From Elsinoe ampelina (Eukaryota): DNA of 64,000 nt. Positions 59,313 through 64,000 of this stretch are shown piece after piece; positions within the stretch are counted from its first letter, which is position 1, and each line of letters opens with the position of its first letter. The notes below the pieces were generated by a model that saw only the letters and a program-made list of their open reading frames with translations, was not told where the DNA came from and did no database searches. The translations under genes and the position numbers were made by a program. The DNA lies in contig ML992504.1 in assembly GCA_010093995.1 (NCBI GenBank), positions 1,268,885 through 1,332,884 on the forward strand, in the 5' to 3' direction.

Positions 59313-60260
59313 CTATAGCGCCGCCACGACCGTCCTCATCTGGTACTCGCAATCGATACAGACTTCTCCCTCCCATTCGCACGGCCGATCGTAAACGGGC
59401 TGCACACCGACATCGATTGCGGCGAAAATACCGTACGCAGTCGGGTCAGCAGGTCCATCCGCTGTTTCAATACCACTGTCCACCTCTGGCGGGTCCCCTA
59501 CCAGGATATCCTGTGTCTCGTAGCCACGCCAGAATGGATGCTTGAAGGGATTTCTCAAGAAGGACAAAATACTTCCCGAGGTCCGCTTCCTCGCAGCCTC
59601 CCTTTCCGTCCATCTCTTCTCATTGCTCACCGCCTTCAAATAAGCCCTTCTCTCCTGGATAGCGCACGTCCTCACGCCCTCATCCCCCTGTATCTCGCCC
59701 AAAACATCTCCCCACCTCACCCCTCCCTTCCTCTCCACCTTTACCTCGGTCAACATCTCATAATTATCCCCCAAAAGGTGATTCCCCTTCCGCTTCAGAT
59801 ACTGCACCGTCACCTTCTTCCTCGGCGGCTGTGTAAGATACATGTCCCTCACCACCTCCATCCTCTCTCCTCCCTCTCCTCTCAACAGCGTCCCAAATTT
59901 CCTCCCCTCAAAAACCATCATCCTACAATCCTCCCCCCACTCTCTACACTGCCTGATCATCATTGGATGGGGCAAGTACCCCTCTCTCCAAATCACCCCA
60001 GGCTGTCCCAAGTTCTCAGGGGGCATCAGCTGCGTACCACCACAAGCGCGGCAGAAGATGGTGAAGATCGGGACAGGAGGGAGTGGGCTGGGATGCAGGA
60101 AGAGTTTCGCCTTGAGAACGGGGGAGTGCCGGATGGTGTACGTCCAGGAGCGGCAGACGAGGGTGCATCGCAGGAGAGAGGGGAGAGGGAGGTGTGACAG
60201 GACGGAGGTGATGAGGTAGGGGTTTGAGGCGAGGAGTTGGGCTGCTGATGGCGTTGTCAT
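59313..60260 (-). CDS. F-box protein (local family copy C)
   Basis: LASNPYLITSVLSHLPLPSLLRCTLVCRSWTYTIRHSPVLKAKLF. Confidence 0.87.
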   Translation of the reverse strand: MTTPSAAQLLASNPYLITSVLSHLPLPSLLRCTLVCRSWTYTIRHSPVLKAKLFLHPSPLPPVPIFTIFCRACGGTQLMPPENLGQPGVIWREGYLPHPMMIRQCREWGEDCRMMVFEGRKFGTLLRGEGGERMEVVRDMYLTQPPRKKVTVQYLKRKGNHLLGDNYEMLTEVKVERKGGVRWGDVLGEIQGDEGVRTCAIQERRAYLKAVSNEKRWTEREAARKRTSGSILSFLRNPFKHPFWRGYETQDILVGDPPEVDSGIETADGPADPTAYGIFAAIDVGVQPVYDRPCEWEGEVCIDCEYQMRTVVAAL

Positions 60261-60908
60261 TGCGGCGGGACTGGATCAGATGAGTGAGGTCTGGTACGGG
60301 CGAAGATGTCCTTGGTGACCTGGCGAGGGCGAGGTTGGTGGTGCTGGGGCTTGGTTGATTGGAAGCGCTGGTTGGTATGCATGGTGAAGAGAAGGTGAGG
60401 GCTGAGGATGAGAGTTTGGTGAGTAGAGTGACGGATTGAGACAAAGAAATGGCTGCGCAGACAAGGATGGTATGCGTGTGGTGGCATCTTCGAGGGAGGG
60501 GGGAGGGAGGACAAAGACTGGGCAGGACAAAGACGATATACTTGAGACTGCTATCGAGGAATGAGGACTGCCTTGTAAGATCTGACGTATATTCCTGGTA
60601 GTATTCAAATCAAACTCGGTTGTAGATGGTGAATGGGGTGAAACAAGTGGCCTGTGTAGAGGACAAAGGACTGGAGTCCAATGTCGTCACGTGACCGATT
60701 CAACAGCAGTACCCGAGCGGCTCGTAACCGTAAAACAGCACACATGAGCACCACCACTGAGAAGATGAAAATACAGACGTGGTAGTATGTGCTCGTAACA
60801 CCATTGAATCGTGATCTATGGACAGAGTAGACACCCCCTCTGTTCCAACATCGTCTATCACCTCCCCTCGCCCCCAATCCCACAACCCTCCCCTCTGACC
60901 AACCCCAT

Positions 60909-63014
60909 CTAAACCTCCTCCCTCTGCCTCACGACCCCCTTCGGTCCCTCCTTCTCGTTGATATCCAAACTACTCGTCTCACTCCCCCTCCTCGTATTAT
61001 TCACCGCATCCGCCACATTCCTAAACACAAACACCGTCATCTTCTTCACATCCGCCGCCGAACCCGCACTGTACCCATCCCTCACATCCCACTCGGCCCT
61101 CTCGAACCGATGCTTGACCGCGTCCGATATCCCCGCGAAGCGCAGCTCGCATTCCGCGCCCGCGTACTTGCGTACCTCGGCCAGGACTTCTTTGAAAACA
61201 TGCATGGCCGTGGCGTCGGTGAAGGTGACCTTTGTGAAGTCGAAGACGAGGACCCGGAGGGGCGAGAGGGTGTTGACGTCGATGCCGGCGCGCTTGCGCA
61301 GTTTCTTGACGCGCTTCTCGCTGACGACGGACCACATGCGGTCTTTCTCCGAGCCGTGGGCCGACGTGTGCGCGGGCGCGTGGAAGGTCTGCACGCCGTC
61401 GACGAGGAGGTTTTTGATGCGGGTGGCGTTGGGGAAGAAGACGCTCTCCGTGAAGCGGAAGATGCGTGTGTCCGAGGGGATGGAGGTGGGCATCCCGCGC
61501 ATCGAGTCGAGGGAGCGGGCGAGTTCAGAGGTCGAGTCGGAGCCGATGATGGTGGTGTTGGCGAAGGCTTGCCGGAGGAGGAAGTATACGATGCCCCAGC
61601 CTACGCCGGCGAGGATGCCGTATTCGGTGGCGACGAAGAGGGAGATCCAGAATGCGAGCATGGCCGCGATGAAGTCGACGAGGGAGGTGCGCCAGAAGTG
61701 GTAGTAGGTGCGCCAGGAGCCGACCAGGGGCCAGATGGCGGTGATGATGATGGCGGCGAGGGTGGCTTTGGGGATCCAGTAGAGGGCGCCGGAGAGGAAG
61801 TAGAGGGAGATGAGGACGACGCCGGTGGTGACGAAGCCGGAGAGAGGGGAGCGGACGTTGCATTGCGAGTTGACGGCTGTGCGGGACATGGCGCCGCCGA
61901 CGCCCATGGCTTGGAAGAAGGAGTTGGCGATATTGGTCACGCCGAGGTAGCAGAGTTCTTGGGATGGGTCGGTGAGGTAGTTGTTGCGGGCGCCAAAGGC
62001 ACGGGCGATGGCGACGTGTTCGACTGCTGCGGCGATGAAGGCGGCGATGGCGCCGCCGACTGACTTCATGAGGAGGCCAGTGTCGGGGACGGCTGGTTGT
62101 TGGATGCCGTTGGCGTCAACTTCAGAAACGGAGAAAAGGTAGTCATCTTCGCCGCGGCCCTTGTTGACGGCGTAGCTGATACCGGTGTAGAGGACAAGGA
62201 CGGTGAATGCTCGTGTAATGCCAATCAACCAAGCGATCTTGTTTGTCTTTCCCCATCGAGTGCCAATGTGTTGAAGACCACAAAGCAGGAGGATTGCTGA
62301 TATTCCAACACCTGCGGCTCGTCCATTCGCTTCTGGTAGTTTGGCGAAGATGTCGTGGATGGTGTTGGCGATACCGTCACGAACGTCACTCTCGCCGAGG
62401 AGGTTGTCAACCTGGCCGAGACCAATAGTGATGGCTGCGGCGGAGATGAAACCTGTGAGGACTGGCTCGGAGATGAACTCGAGAAGGAAGCCAAGTTTGA
62501 GGAACCCCAGAATCATGCCGAACGCACCCATCCAGAAAGACACGGCGCCCGCAATTGCTTGTGGAGTGTACTCCCCTTGGAGCTGGTGCACCACCTTTGC
62601 AGTAAGGAGACCGATAAGTGAGGTCGGACCGGTAGACAGATCTAGTAATGGTCAGTATGGTCAACATAATTGATTCTGGCGGGATGGATTACCTTTCGAT
62701 GTGCCCATGAAGGCGTAGAGAGTTGCCGGCAACCAACTTGCCATGAGACCGTACTCAACAGGGATATCGGCAATCTGGGCATAGGCGAGGGATTGGGGAA
62801 TCAACATGATACCCAAAGTTAGGCCAGCGACAACATCGCTGATGAGCCATCGTGGGTTGTATCGCGGAAGCCAGCCGACGATAGGGACCTTGTCGATCAA
62901 GTACTCAAGCGCCCTCCGAGGGGCAGCTCGAGCTCCTCGTTGACCATAGATGCCGACTCGTTCCCAGGTGACATCGGTCTTGAAGGAATGTCTCACGTTG
63001 TCGATGAGCTTCAT
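60909..63014 (-). CDS. SulP/SLC26 sulfate permease with STAS domain; 2 exons
   Basis: WLPRY...DVVAGLTLGIMLIPQSLAYA, GTSK|DLSTGPT, GGAMSRTAVNS, STAS VFDFTKVTFTDATA. Confidence 0.95.
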
Positions 63015-64000
63015 GGTGTCTGTGGGGGCTTAAGGAAACAGAACGAGGAAAGAGAAGGACGACTCTGCCGTTGGAGAAGAGGGGATCCATCGAGCGGTAT
63101 ATTATACCGAAGGATGTCAATGGCGAGGGGTATTTGATGAGTGGCGCTAGAGCCAAGCGAGCAATTATGTGATGGTCCATAGAAAACATGCAGATCCTCT
63201 CACCTGTGACGAAGATACCCTGCAGGGTACATGATGACCTGGCACGCGGTCGATGGCGCTGAAGGAATGGCTATCTCGACCGTAGATGTCGGCACATTGA
63301 TGAAGCAGCCCTATCTGTCGCACCGAGCAGTAAACTAGAATCGGCAAGTGAAGGAGGACTGTGATCACACGCCCGACCAAACATACATCTACTACTCCTT
63401 TTGAAGTTAAAATGCCTTGCTCGGGCGATTCCCTGCCGCAGGTAAAGATGGTGTGGTAGTCTCCTGCCGATCATCAAGACTTGCCATAAGAGGTCGGGAA
63501 GGCGTCCAGGGTGCTCAACTGAGGAATGGACATTGCTGTTGACGTTGCGTGATAGAGTTGGTGGATACACTAAGCATGCAGATTGATGGATCAGCTTGGC
63601 ATGCACCAAACCATTACACCCGAGACAGACACATTCTACTATCAACGCAGTCGGCATGATATCAAAACAGACCGGAGAGTCAATTGATGGTGCTTCCCCA
63701 GATTGTGCTGCCACGAGGATACAGGATCGAGCGGCATGCCTGATGGTTCCCGTGAGACACCCCGCGCGTCGGCTAAAGCGAACGAGTGTCGAGACGTGCA
63801 AAGGTAGCATCGAAATGGAACTGAACGACGTTAGTCTAGTCGCCAAGAAGAAAGTTTGCCGGGTGTAGCGGGTGGCAGAGTCTTGTAGAGCTTGAGAAGA
63901 ACTTGGACTAGTGCCAAATCAAGGACAAGCTCGACAAGGCGATTTGCCAAATAACCCTGGGGATGCGGGGAAGAGGCGAATCAGATCATCCACACCGTGG

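Noticed and set aside
1..64000. CRISPR arrays, rRNA genes, secondary-metabolite backbone genes, intact transposases
   Set aside because: No repeat-spacer array, rRNA-length match, PKS/NRPS domain, or intact transposase or reverse-transcriptase ORF was seen.

Overview
Gene-dense window from a filamentous ascomycete (Pezizomycotina; short GT-AG introns with CTRAC branch points, and a RIP-type AT-rich relic at 1-~1950). About 24 protein genes are supported: agmatinase-like ureohydrolase, MATE, APC amino-acid permease, MFS transporter, SET9, mitochondrial uL14, RPB9, ESS1, BUD4, MRH4, coronin, three related F-box genes plus a truncated copy, VPS34, NSE4, a PPN2-like metallophosphatase, ERG1, a YSA1-like Nudix hydrolase, a VelC-type velvet factor, a signal-peptide aldo-keto reductase, URA7, a SulP sulfate permease and a few hypotheticals. 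The most unusual signals concern RNA processing. (1) A minus-strand tRNA-Gly(GCC) gene folds into a complete cloverleaf only after removing both a normal 24-nt anticodon-loop intron and a 50-nt spliceosomal-looking intron (GTTCGT...CTAAC...CAG) between positions 9 and 10. (2) RPB9 intron 2 hides an in-frame alternative CxxC...CxxC C-terminus. (3) URA7 has an AT-AC intron with U2-type signals. (4) A spliced, hairpin-rich candidate ncRNA carries complementarity to the LSU rRNA peptidyl-transferase region. About eleven orientation-independent C-rich to G-rich skew switches also recur. All calls were made by eye; no searches or folding programs were run.
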